In this document: positions 13,228 to 26,009 of the stretch, piece by piece
Layout: every line of letters begins with the position of its first letter
How positions within the stretch are numbered: the first letter of the stretch is position 1
Assembly: GCA_951406725.2 (NCBI GenBank)
Contig: OX597815.1
Span: 167,710,001-167,774,000 of the forward strand
DNA length: 64,000 bases
Direction of reading: 5' to 3'
Origin: Octopus vulgaris
Taxonomy: Eukaryota
Position numbers and translations under genes: made by a program
The notes under the pieces: model-generated
Seen by the model: the letters and a program-made list of their open reading frames with translations, nothing else
What the model was told of the DNA's origin: nothing
Database searches by the model: none

Positions 13228-14114
13228 CTGCAAATTACATATTAAGGTAACTTTATGTTAGATTTTATAGCTTATGATTCAACTGCACGTTTAAGCTTAT
13301 ACAAAGTAGCATTTGTTAACACGCAGTTTTATTTGCACAGAAAGTGTCCTTTTTCCAAGCCAAGATGAACGCATAATTTGTTTTATGACACATAAAAGCT
13401 CATTGGAAGAAAAACACAATGATTGATTTGCTGTGAAAAGTGACAAATCCATCGTTTTGGTCCTTCTTCTTAGAGAAAGAATGTAGAAATTTTAACACAA
13501 CAGTCGCAGAGCATATGAGGCGTTTTTGCACAGCCGTTTTGGTGCCACTTATTTGGCATCACTGATTGGACGCTGACCTATTTGACATCAGACATTATAT
13601 TTCTCGTATTTTAATGTTTCCCTCGTTCCTTCCCCCTGAACACCCCCCTCTCTCTCTGTTTATGTATATGAGGAAAAGGGAAATGTTTACGTCAATCATG
13701 TTCAGTTAGTAGACTGTGTTGACGAAAAACAGTTTGGATGTCCAATCTGCACTGCTAAATCGTCAGAGCCCTAACAGTCGCACCCAGTCGTCTCACTTTG
13801 GTCGTAATAAAGCCACTTTTGTATTAGCTCTATTGCCCACTGCTGTCCTTAGAAGAGAAAGAATATAGAGGATAGAGTTTCTCAAACATGTGTTAAAAGG
13901 TTATCCTTCATTGACCATATCAACTTCTTTTTTCAGACAATGTATCTGGGTCTAAATTACCCAACCATTTTTTTGTGTGTGTAATCCCACGTAAGTAACA
14001 GTGTACATTTTGAAAGAGATTGAGCTACTATATATAGCAAGCCGTGTGTTCTCGTAAAAAAATTCACATTGGACTGAATTACAGATTCTAACATAGATGT
14101 GAAATTAAACGTGC

Positions 14115-14305
14115 GAGGTGGCAGGATCGTTACCCCGCCTGGAAAAATACTTAGTAGCAGTTCGTCCGTTTTTACATTCTGAGTACAGATTCTGCCGAGG
14201 TTGAACTTGCCTTTCATCCTTTCTAGGGTCGATAAAATAAGTACCGGTTAATCGACTTACCCTCTTCTTCGAAATTGCTGGCTTTGTGCCACTATTTGAA
14301 ACCAA
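14115..14305 (+). mobile_element. SINE family A copy
   Basis: Family core present. Confidence 0.75.
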
Positions 14306-15271
14306 TATAGGCATAAATTACAGCTGGCGAAATATGTTATGCCGCCTGTCTATCAACTGAAGAGCAATCATCTATTTGGATATCCTCACTGTCACTAGTT
14401 TTATGCATAAAGAAGCACATAGAAGTTCTGTTTCCGCAAAGACGTATACTGAAATGCGTTCCGGTGTGTATTTTTTATGAAAATCTGTCTCTATTTGCAA
14501 GATTTCTCATTGAGAATCGCTCAAACTTGTTTTTCATTTGCAAAGTCATACTAAAACTCAAGGAATCATTTTACTTGTTTCCACTAAATGTGGGAGAAAT
14601 TTACATTTATTTCAACAAGACTTGATTTCAGAACAGTAAATATTCAATATTCAAAATAAATGAAACAGCGATCAATCTAAATTTAGAACCAGAAGGTTTT
14701 AGAATAATAAAAGCTATGTCACACAAAAACAATGTAACAAAAGAAAAAAAAATGCGTTTTAATGAAAACGTAAGTCTCCTTTCTGTAGACAAGCACAAAC
14801 ACTAATAGTCACATTAGCCATAACCAAAATAACATAGTTTCCACACACATCAACACAGACTGAACGGAAGATTTCTTCGATAAGAAATTAATTTGGTGTT
14901 ATTGGGTAACACGAAACTATTTCTACCGACGTGGAGTGTTTAATTCAGATTAAACGAACACCAGTACAACGTATAGTCAAGTTATTTCTGTTTCGCTGCC
15001 TCCGATGTACGGACGGATGGAGAGTGGTATGCGCAGAAGATCAAATATTTTCCTCCAGAAATACGAATCACATGTGAGTTATCGATATTATATAAACAAA
15101 CAGTGCAAATCACTATTTTTATTTGAAAATTACTCTCTGTTTACAAAGTATATCAGATACAGTGTTGGATATCGCAATTTCTTCAATTAAAAACAGCAGA
15201 GCAGGGTAAGTTAACGACTTAGCGAATACTTGCAGTAATTTTGTTAACTTTATGATTCCGCAAGGATTCAC

Positions 15272-15307
<36 letters not shown>

Positions 15308-15849
15308 ATTTGAACAATTGTGTGTGTATGTACGCGCTGTATGTTTGTTTGGTTGCGTACATGTGAAAGAAGAGAATGGACAAGAGAAGAGGTAAATAAA
15401 CAGTAGGAGAGGGCGAAACAGATAAATATATATGAAAAGAAGGGGAGAAAGAAATATAGAGAAAGAGAAAGGGTGTAAGGAAAGAGAAGGAGATATAAAG
15501 AAGGTAATACAGAGAAAGAAAAAGTGATCTAGTGAAAGAGGTACAGATTTAGAGAAAGAAATAGAAGACAGCATAGAAACAGACAGGAAGTAAGTAGTTT
15601 GATACTTTCCGCCACCACTCGTTAGTTTTATCATGCTCGTGTTTATCGAAGTTACCTAAACTTATCTTCTCACCCACAACTCAAGATTGGTGGGCAACTA
15701 TTACTGTTTCTGCGTCTTTCTGTCGGTTATGTTTCCCCCCATCGACTCGCCAAGGAACCTAGTTTATATTGTCGGAATTATAAATGATATGGGTGAAAAC
15801 AGAAAAAGACGAATAAAAGGAAAGAATAGAAGTGGATAGCCTGAGAAAA

Positions 15850-15882
<33 letters not shown>

Positions 15883-16246
15883 ATCACGTGCGAACTTACT
15901 CTTGTGCGCATGCATGAAAATCAAACAAATACACACGAGCTAACAAATAAATGTCCACCAAACACATGAACTTGCATATGAGTACATTTATTGGCACATA
16001 TTCTCATTCTTTTACCGGTGTCAATCAGACAGCGGCTACATTGTGACAGTGTATTCAACGATTTTTTAGGCGAATTATCTAGTACTTTGATTAATTATCT
16101 CTGGAAGAATGATAGGTAAGGTCAAGCTAGACACATAAGATATTGACAGGAAAAAATTCTAGAACGTATTCCAGCTCGATACAGCGGCGTTTCTGTCCTA
16201 CGCTGATATATGTATGTGTGAGTATATGTGTGTGTGCATATATATA

Positions 16247-16259
16247 CAGATAGATAGAT

Positions 16260-16330
<71 letters not shown>
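16247..16330. repeat. (GATA)n microsatellite
   Basis: Direct reading. Confidence 0.95.
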
Positions 16331-16331
<1 letters not shown>

Positions 16332-16883
16332 GTAGGTAAGTAAATATGCCTCAGAATGACTAACCCCACCACACATGTATATAGGTAAGCCGCCCAAGTC
16401 GACTTTGCCTTTCATCCTTCCGGTGTCGATAAAATGAGTACCAGTTGAGTACTGGGGTCAATGTAATCGACTATCCCCCTCCCCCAAATTTTAGGCCTTG
16501 TACCTATACTAGATACGATTGTTTTGCTATAACTGAACACAAAAATCATTTACGTATATATACATATGTATGTGTGTGTGTGTGTGTGTATACAATAAAC
16601 ACACACACATATATGTATGTATATAGGTAAGTAGATTTAGCGGTTGGAATAACCGTCTAAGGGATAAGATTATCCGTTATTACTACCGGTATAAATTACA
16701 TATGTTAATCCTGGGCATGGATATGCAAACATACTATGCTCATGGGATACAGGTAATAACAGAATAAATGAGAGTTTATCGGGGATCATATTGAAAATGA
16801 GCAAAAAATGGAGCAACAAACAAATTGACTGTCATCGGCAGTCAAATTGTTTGTTCATCAAAAGTTTTCTCTACTTTCTGCTC

Positions 16884-16951
<68 letters not shown>

Positions 16952-16974
16952 AGAGACACACACACACACGCATA

Positions 16975-17289
16975 TCTATATACATAAATGTGTAATGGTG
17001 TCTGTCTGTGTGTTTGGGGTTACTCTAACTCCTCACACATCGTCCAACCGATTTTAATGAGTTTTGGATCATAGATCGATCACATACCTTGAAGTTTAAA
17101 TTAGGCCGGAATTTTTCGAAAACTTGATAATGCTCAGTTGGCATCGATTTTCGTGAGCTCAATCGGGCGTTTGAATGGAAATTCCCATAACGATGTTATT
17201 TTTCAAAGGAAATGCTTATTCAATACAACATCAGAGGTGGGCTAAACTTCAACATGGAAAATACGAACAACGCCGGGTCCAATGGCTAG
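16975..17289 (+). mobile_element. non-autonomous Helitron-like element
   Basis: Starts TCTATATACATAAA with a TGTCTGTCTGTG motif and ends ..CAACGCCGGGTCCAATGGCTAG, fitting the Helitron TC...CTAG pattern. The subterminal hairpin is degenerate. Confidence 0.6.
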
Positions 17290-17311
17290 AATTATTTTAA
17301 ATAAGACTATT

Positions 17312-17618
17312 CTTAAGTTATGACAAAGCAATAAAAACAATTTTACATTAATCTGATAGGTTATTCTATACACTTGTTGAATACAAATTTATTATTCTTA
17401 AATAAGAATATTATTTACAGTGACTTCGAAGTTTCGTACAGTTAAGTCATCGACGGGCTGTAATTCGATGATGTCTTAGCTAGCCGAAACTTCGAAACTT
17501 CGAATTGATTGTTAATAATATTCTTATTTAATAATAAAAAATTTTGTTTTCACCAAAAGTATAGAGTAACCCATCAGATTAATGTAAAATTGTTTATATT
17601 AATTTGTCATAACTGAAG
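17312..17618. repeat. diverged ~300-bp palindrome (fold-back element)
   Basis: AGTTATGACAAA..AAACAATTTTACATTAATCTGAT.. is mirrored by ..ATCAGATTAATGTAAAATTGTTT..TTTGTCATAACT. Confidence 0.85.
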
Positions 17619-17805
17619 GCAGCGAGCTGCCAGAATTGTTAACTCGCCGGGCGAAATGCTTAGAGGCGTTTCATCTGTCTTTAGGTTCTGAGTTCAAATT
17701 CCGCTCAAGTCGACTTTGCCTTTCATCCCTTCGGTGTCGATAAAATGAGTACCAGTTGAGCACTGGGGCCGATGTAATTGACTATCCTGCTCCCCTAAAT
17801 TTTAG
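17617..17805 (+). mobile_element. SINE family A copy
   Basis: Head GGCAGCGAGCTGCCAGAATTGTT plus the family core. Confidence 0.85.
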
Positions 17806-17853
17806 ACGATTGTTTTGCTATAACTGAACACAAAAAACATTTACGTATATATA

Positions 17854-17889
<36 letters not shown>

Positions 17890-17925
17890 TGTATGTATGT
17901 ATGTATGTATGTATGTATGTATGTA

Positions 17926-18240
17926 TGTGGAGGCGCAATGGCCTAGTTGTTAGGGCAGTGGACTAGCGGCCGTAGGATCGCGGTTTCGATTTCCATACCG
18001 GGCATTGTGAGTGTTTATTGAGCGAAAACCCCTAAAGCTCCACGAGGCTTCGGTAGGGGATGGTGCCGATCCTTGCTGTACTCTTTCGCCACAACTTTTT
18101 CTCACTCTTTCTTCTGTTGGCCTGCTCGCTTAGCCAGCGGGATGGCATCGTTTGAAGGCTAAAACAATGAGAAGCGCATTGTAACCAGCGATGTGTAGCA
18201 ACATCGGAGAGCCTGGTCGGTCACGGTGATCACGGTGATA
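17926..18240 (+). mobile_element. tRNA-derived SINE family C
   Basis: tRNA-like head GTGGAGGCGCAATGGCCTAGT.GTTAGGGCAG..GGTTTCGATT and tail GGTCGGTCACGGTGATCACGGTGA. Sister copies lie at 25657, 43860, 45611 and 56498. Confidence 0.85.
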
Positions 18241-18649
18241 TATGTATATATATATATATATATGCATATCGTTACACACGCACATACACTTATACACATA
18301 CATATTTAGGTGTGAGTGTGTGTGAGTATATGAGTCTGTGTGTTTTTCTATGTACAAACGAAAGAAAAAGAACTTAACACTACCCTCGGAAGTTTATATT
18401 AACAGTTTGCTCAGACGTGTGTTACAAAATGTTTCAAACGATATGACATTCTGATCATTCGAAGGCCCTGGAACTGAGTGATAAGGACTTTACGAATTCC
18501 GATGAAGTATCTTTAATATCTGGTGGTACGTGAAGTTGAACCTGGGACCACATTATGTATACGTACGAAACGAGAGTCGGAGAAATTCGAAGATGAAGGA
18601 AACAGAACTAGTGTTGTTAGTGTCATTAATTTAATAAATAAACATACTA

Positions 18650-19040
18650 TAGGTGCAGGCATGGCTGTGTAGAAAAAAAGCTTGCTTCCCAATCACATGG
18701 TTCCGGATTCAGCCCCGCGTGGCACCTTGAGCAAGTGTCTTCTACTATAGCCTCGAGCTGATCAAAGACTTGTGAGTGGATTTGGTAGGCGGAAACTGGA
18801 AGAAGCCAGTCATATATAGATATATGTACATATTTGTGTGTGCTTGTCCACACACAATCGCCTAACAACCCATAATGGTATGTTTATGTTCGCCCTAAAC
18901 TAGCGGTTCGGCAAAAGTGACCGATAGAATAAGTACTAGGCTTGCAAAAGAATAAGTGCGAGATCGATTTCTTCGACTAACATCCTTAAGGTGGTGCTCC
19001 AGCATGGCCACAGTCAAATGGCTGAAAGAAGTAAAAAAAA
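18650..19040 (+). mobile_element. SINE family B copy
   Basis: Matches the family B head and tail. Confidence 0.8.
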
Positions 19041-19118
19041 GAATATTCTTATATCGAATGTTTTACCCGAGATTGGGATTTCCTCAGTTTCTTCTAAGCA
19101 GGGGCACACAATAATTAT

Positions 19119-19207
<89 letters not shown>

Positions 19208-19208
19208 C

Positions 19209-19481
19209 TACCCTTAACGTAGTTCTCGGGGATAATCAGCGTGACACAGAGAGTGACAAGGTTGACCCTTTGAAATACAACTACAACTCATTTTTGCCAG
19301 CTGAGTGGACTGGAGCAACGTGAAATAAAGTGTCTTGCTCAAGGACACAACGCGTCGCCGGGAATCGAACTCACAACCTTACGATCATGAGCCGAATGCC
19401 CTAACCACTAAGCCACGCGCCCTCACATTATATATATATATAACGTGCAAATGGCTGAGCATTCCACAGACACGTGTACCC

Positions 19482-19484
<3 letters not shown>
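19209..19484 (-). mobile_element. SINE family D-type copy, apparently permuted, between inverted repeats
   Basis: Minus-strand head GAGGGCGCGTGGCTTAGTGGTTAGGG at ~19400-19426. TACCCTTA occurs at both ends. Confidence 0.75.
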
Positions 19485-19552
<68 letters not shown>

Positions 19553-19838
19553 ATAATTATTGTGTGCCCCTGCTTATAATCAAAATAAGCAGCAAGGATA
19601 TCCATAGGTAATGCAGTACCATCGTTTCATGCGACTCCATTTAACAGAACAATGCAATCATTTCATTACATCAATTTAAAATGTAGAGGAATCTTCAGCT
19701 GCACAAAAAAAAACAAAAAAAAAACGTAGAAATTAATTGAATTAGAAGGACACGTTAGTATAATTTTACCTAAAATCTCCAAGAGGATAAGGAGATAGAC
19801 AAAGAACCTGTTTTACCAACAACATCATAATTGTAACT

Positions 19839-19891
<53 letters not shown>

Positions 19892-20349
19892 ATCGTTAGC
19901 CATTACACACATTTTTTTTACTCTCCTTGTTTTTTCTGTGTATTTTTCTGTAGAAGAGCGTAGGCTCGAAACGTAAGAGACTTTTTTCTACTCCTGAGCG
20001 TTATACTAATACATCTGTTTGTTTTGTGCACCACCTGCCTTCGTTTTTTGTTTTTTTCGTAAACTTTCCTTATATATATATATAAGGAGTGTTTATGAGG
20101 TTTTGGGAATACAAAACACACACAAAAACACACAACAGAACGCATGTTGCTATCTTAGTCTGTAATGAACGCTCAATCTGTTAGGATGTAAAGAAATATG
20201 TCGATTTTAACCCTGAAGAGATCTCTACCTTTTAAATTCATAATGCAATTATAGTTGTAAAATGAAGGAAGGTGGCAAGAAAACGATCGTAGGCGTTGTG
20301 TAATCAACAGTTATGTAAATAAATTGATTTTAATGTAGTCAAACTCTCC

Positions 20350-20591
20350 ATGTTCTTTATATTATATATATATACATATATATATAGATAAATAGATATA
20401 TAGATATATATATACATACATACATACATATATACAAACATACATATATACATATATGCATGCATACAGGCATACATACATATGTATATATACATATATA
20501 TTTATTTATTATACTCATACACACATATACATATATGTGCTGGATATAAATGTGTATGTGTGTATGTGTGTGTGCATATATATACATATAC

Positions 20592-20639
<48 letters not shown>

Positions 20640-20845
20640 GTATATATATATATGTATATATATATGTATATATATGTATATACAGATATATATAAATGTT
20701 TATATATAAAAGATAAGGATAAACAAGTTTATAGGTGGCTATATATATATATATATATATATATATAGCTATAAATGTTTATGTATATATGTATAGATAC
20801 ATATATATATACATATATACGTATATATATAAAAACATTTACAGG

Positions 20846-20929
<84 letters not shown>

Positions 20930-21262
20930 CGTGTGTGTGTGTATGTATATATATATATATATATTTATGTGTGTGTGCTTATGTATATGTATGTATGTAT
21001 TTAAACACGTGCATATTTACGTGCTTGTGTATATGCGTATGTGCGTGTGTGCGTGAGTGTACACAAGCTTAGGAGAAAACAATGGCCGGTGTTAGAAGAT
21101 TTGGTTATACAAGCTGAAGTAAAATCAAATAAAATACAAATGCAAATAAACTGAGTATTTAAATAAATATGCCCACTACTTGAGGGAATGTTTATGCATG
21201 TGTCTAATAAAATATATTACGAGTCTTATACAAACCCTGTGTGTACAAGTACGTGTATATAC

Positions 21263-21306
<44 letters not shown>

Positions 21307-21533
21307 GCGCACATATGTATATCAATATATATATATATATATAAAATAAGGATAACCAAGTATATAGGTGGCTATATATATATATATATATATATACATA
21401 TAGCTATAAATGTTTATATATATATGTATAGATACATATATATTCATATATACGTATATATATATAAACATTTATAGGTATATATATATATGTGTGTGTG
21501 TGTGTGTATGTGTGTGTGTGTGTGTGTGTGTTC

Positions 21534-21567
<34 letters not shown>

Positions 21568-21587
21568 TTATATATCTATATATATAA

Positions 21588-21659
<72 letters not shown>

Positions 21660-21660
21660 C
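20350..21660. repeat. compound TA/TG/TACA microsatellite field with an internal duplication
   Basis: Direct reading. Confidence 0.85.
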
Positions 21661-22961
21661 AATGTATGTACAGGTGTCTCAATGCGTTTTCTTATATGAC
21701 AAAGTCCCAGCGCTAGTGTATGTGCGTATTGATATGTGTTAGTTTACGTGTGTATAGGGATTATTATTTTTAACAGCGCGTGTTTCATAGTTTATTGACA
21801 TATATATATGTGTTGTGAGTATTGATGTTACATGTGACTCTGCTGTATGTGCATATGTGCGTATGTTATAAATGGGTGTTTATTTATTTATTAGTCGGTG
21901 TGTGCATGCGATATGTTTGTGTTTCTCCGAATGCGCGTGTGGATGTATATGAACGCACCAAACACATACACACAATATACAAACATACTCATTGTGAGTA
22001 TCGTTGTGTGTGTGTATATATATATATATATATGAGTACGTGTGTGTATGTGTTTGAGCATTGTGTGAGGATTTTCATCAGTAGGACAATTATGACACTA
22101 TCGCTAACGCCGACTCGTCACCATACTGAGCCAAGCTACACCCTTCCTCACTGTACATTCTCCTCCCCATTACACTACATGATATTACACATCACACCAT
22201 ATCACTAAACTAGACCACGCCATACCGTAAAGATATGAAACCATGTCGTATTTCCAGTAGGTTAAACCAAGCAAATCGAAGCGAACGGTAACTTTCTGAA
22301 TGTCACGTCCGACGACAAATGTCATGGGATTTTTGTAGTTGTGTAGCTCGCTTCATGATGAGTTATGTCTTATGCAGCCTGCTTCTCGAAAAATGCTACC
22401 CATGTGCGCTCTATACGGTTGTTTGACCCGCAAGAAATAGCAGCCAAATCTCTCTGGCATCAGTGCGTAACAGGAGGAAGATTTGGCTGCTATTTTATAT
22501 ATAGTGATTTTGGCAGTGTTGCCACCATGCTGAAACTACTACTTGGACACATCTTTTTTCCCAAGCTATTTCTAGAGAAAGGCGAAGGCCTTCTGGGTTT
22601 TGTAGAATCCAAATTAATTTGATTAATGTTAGTCTTGATAGGGTTCAATTTCAGCTGCTGCAAGTGTACCTACAAGAAGGACACGCTCGTCATTAATGAA
22701 CGAAAGGTGTGACGATATTCCAAGTTATTATAGTGGCAGAAAACAAAGTAGAGTGGTCAGACAGCAAAGGTAAAATCATGAACAAGGTGCTGCAGAGTGG
22801 CTTTGAGTGATTTTATACCAATCAGACGACTGGCCTTTTTCTGAATGTTGTCGATAAAGTTCATATGCAGCAGCAACAGTACTTTGACATTAGTTCTCCA
22901 ATGTGGGTTACATATGAGCTAAGTAGAGTGTCAGAATTTTTGAGAGTCAAAGTATTATGAG

Positions 22962-23195
22962 TGGAGGCGCGTGGCTTAGTGGTTAGGGTGTCAGCATCAT
23001 GATCATAAGATTGTGGTTTCGGTTCCTGGACCAGGCGACGCGTTGTGTTCTTGAGCAAAACATTTCATTTCACGTTGCTCCAGTCCACTCAGCTGGCAAA
23101 AATGAGTGACGCTGCGATGGAGTGGCGTTCCATCCAGCTAGGGAACACATACGCCATTGAAACCGGGAAACAGGGGCCACGTTTATTATTATTTT
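22962..23195 (+). mobile_element. tRNA-derived SINE family D
   Basis: GTGGAGGCGCGTGGCTTAGTGGTTAGGGTGTCAGC..TGTGTTCTTGAGCAA; near-copy at 42191. Confidence 0.85.
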
Positions 23196-23806
23196 TTTGT
23201 AAAGTATTATATGGTCTTCAAAGGAATGACCAATATTTTGGATGCGGTTTTAGCTACATTGAGGATGATTTTTTCGCCAGAAGTGATTCTCAACGATAGT
23301 GAAGCACAAAAATTTGAGTGGCCATGGGAGATCAAAACATGAGTGTACATATATAATGTGAGATATAGTGCAATCCTGTTTTCTCGAGTTGAGCTGTGCC
23401 AGCGAGTTTTGCTTTGGAAAAGGGCAAGATTGCTGTATTCTAACTGGGGATGTTTTCGAAGTTTTCTGTTCATATAATCTGTGTAGTTTGGATGAGTGGA
23501 TAATGCATTATTGGAGAATGTTATGAAGAAATCATGGATAGCGTTATCCATCAACAAGAACGTTGCTGGATGCTGCGACAAGTATATCATTCATGTACAG
23601 CAGGTAGAGAGTGAAGCATAGCAAGTCTACACTAACTCACACTTATTCTTAATACTTATTCTTTATACTTTCATTGTACAAATATCCTATACCACATCAA
23701 AAATTAATTGAGGTATTTAATACAAGACAGGACTGATTCTGAGCTTTCAATTGGAAATTTAAGGAATAAGTGTAACTATTCCAATACCCAATAACACACG
23801 CACACA

Positions 23807-23844
<38 letters not shown>

Positions 23845-24192
23845 CGCGCGCACTTGTATGTGTGTGTGATTATGTATATGTGTGTATATATATGTATGTA
23901 AGTATGTATGTGCGTGTATGTGCGTGTGCATTTGTGTATGTGTGTGTGCATCGTATACATATGTGCATATGCATAATTTTATGTATACGTGTGCAATTTA
24001 CATATATATGTTAATATATTTATATATGTATATTCCTATTTATACGTATATATATATGCATATATATATATATATGTATATATACATATTACATATATTG
24101 AGTATATATATATATATATATATACTTATGTATATTACATATAATGTATATATATATGATACATACGTACATATGTATATATACTACATATA

Positions 24193-24238
<46 letters not shown>

Positions 24239-24589
24239 CATATGTACACACAGAGAGACACACACCCACGCACATATACATGCTAGCAATTCAGATTTCT
24301 TCACTCATCTCCCCACCATTTCCCTCACTTTCTACCTGTTAGCTACCTTCATTTCTAAACAGAGCTCTCTTGAACATTCCTCCTACCTCTTACCCTACCC
24401 CTCTCGGCAATGTGCTGCTTAGCTAGTCCCACTAGAGTCATGATGTCTCCCCAAAACTGACATCCTCTGACCCCGGAGCACAGATGGGATTACGATGTGA
24501 CGCCTGCTTGTATCCATCCGAGTTTAAGGTTTTATCATCGACATCGTCTTCATAATCATCAGTATAACCAAAAGCCACCCTCCAGCGCC

Positions 24590-24665
24590 TCCATCGCCAC
24601 CACCACCACCACCACCGCCACCATCACCACCATCATCTTCTTCGTCGGCATCATCGTCGCCGACG

Positions 24666-24700
<35 letters not shown>

Positions 24701-24960
24701 CTCACCACCGCCACCACTGTCAGCATCATCATTGTTGTCGCCACCGTCTTCATCGCAATCGAATTATCATTTTTTATATTCATGTATGAATTATCATCAC
24801 AACCATCGTCATGCCCTCGTCTTCCACCTCCTCCTTATCATCATCATCATCGACGACTACAAATACAGGTCGTCATTCCCAACATCATCATTATTATCAT
24901 CATCATCATCATCATCACCCCCACCAACAACAACAAAAGCAACAGCAGCAGAGCCAGCTT
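24590..24960. repeat. (CAT/CAC/CAA)n trinucleotide low-complexity region
   Basis: Direct reading. Confidence 0.85.
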
Positions 24961-25489
24961 TATCATCGTCGTCAGTAAGCAAGCAGGTCAGGTTAAGTCA
25001 GTCAGCTTATATTACGTTATTGTGTAGTTGTCGGTAGATCGACTGACATCTTGCCAGCTGTTAGACACAACTAGGTGATAAGCGTTGATAGTCAAACAGA
25101 TATGTTGAATGAGATGGCAAAGATAAAAAAAAAACTTGAAGGTAAGCCTCCACCACTAACAACAACAATAATAAATAGCATAAATGTTTATAGTATGTCT
25201 GCCTGTACGTCTACTTTCTCCGCTGTTACGCCCTTATCATTTCACTCTTCCTCATTTCGGTGATATTGTTGTTGTTGTTGTTCTTGTTGTTAATCAGTAA
25301 GCTTTCGCTGATTGAATGACCACCATTTAAAATCCACAGGAAACATACTTGACACTTCTTTCTACCTGTTTGAAGGTATCCAGACGCAAGAAATTTCTCG
25401 TCCAGGGGAGGTAATACTGTTGCGCATTGTAAATGTTTTCCTATCTTTGAATTTTTTCTTTTGTCTTTTTTAACTTTTATATATATATG

Positions 25490-25556
<67 letters not shown>

Positions 25557-25561
25557 ATATA

Positions 25562-25598
<37 letters not shown>

Positions 25599-25617
25599 GT
25601 GTGTATATATATATGTG

Positions 25618-25656
<39 letters not shown>

Positions 25657-25912
25657 GTGGAGGTGCAATGGCCCAGTGGTTAGGGCAGCGGACTCGTGGC
25701 TGTAGGATCGCGGTTTCGATTTCCAGACCAGGCGTTGGGAGTGTTTATTGAGCGAAAACACATAATGCTCTATGTGGCGATCCCTGTTGTACTCTCTCAT
25801 CTTTCTTCTGTTGGCCTGCTCGCTTAGCCAGCGGAGTGGTGTCATTTGAAGGCTAAAACAATGCGAAGCGCATTGTGACCAGCAACATCTGAAAGCTTGG
25901 TCGGTCACGGTG
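25657..25912 (+). mobile_element. SINE family C copy
   Basis: Matches 17926-18240. Confidence 0.85.
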
Positions 25913-26009
25913 ATATATATGTACATATATATATATGTATATATATGTATATATACGTTTAAATATTTGTTGTGCAAGATTTTTTATGTGAAGTCGTGTG
26001 TTGAAACAG

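Noticed and set aside
17926-18010. tRNA genes at SINE heads (also 22962, 25657, 42191, 45611, 63470)
   Set aside because: They have tRNA-like A/B boxes but continue into shared SINE bodies and tails.
23207-23590. 127-aa minus-strand ORF
   Set aside because: At most a faint resemblance to an RLE-LINE remnant; not supportable.
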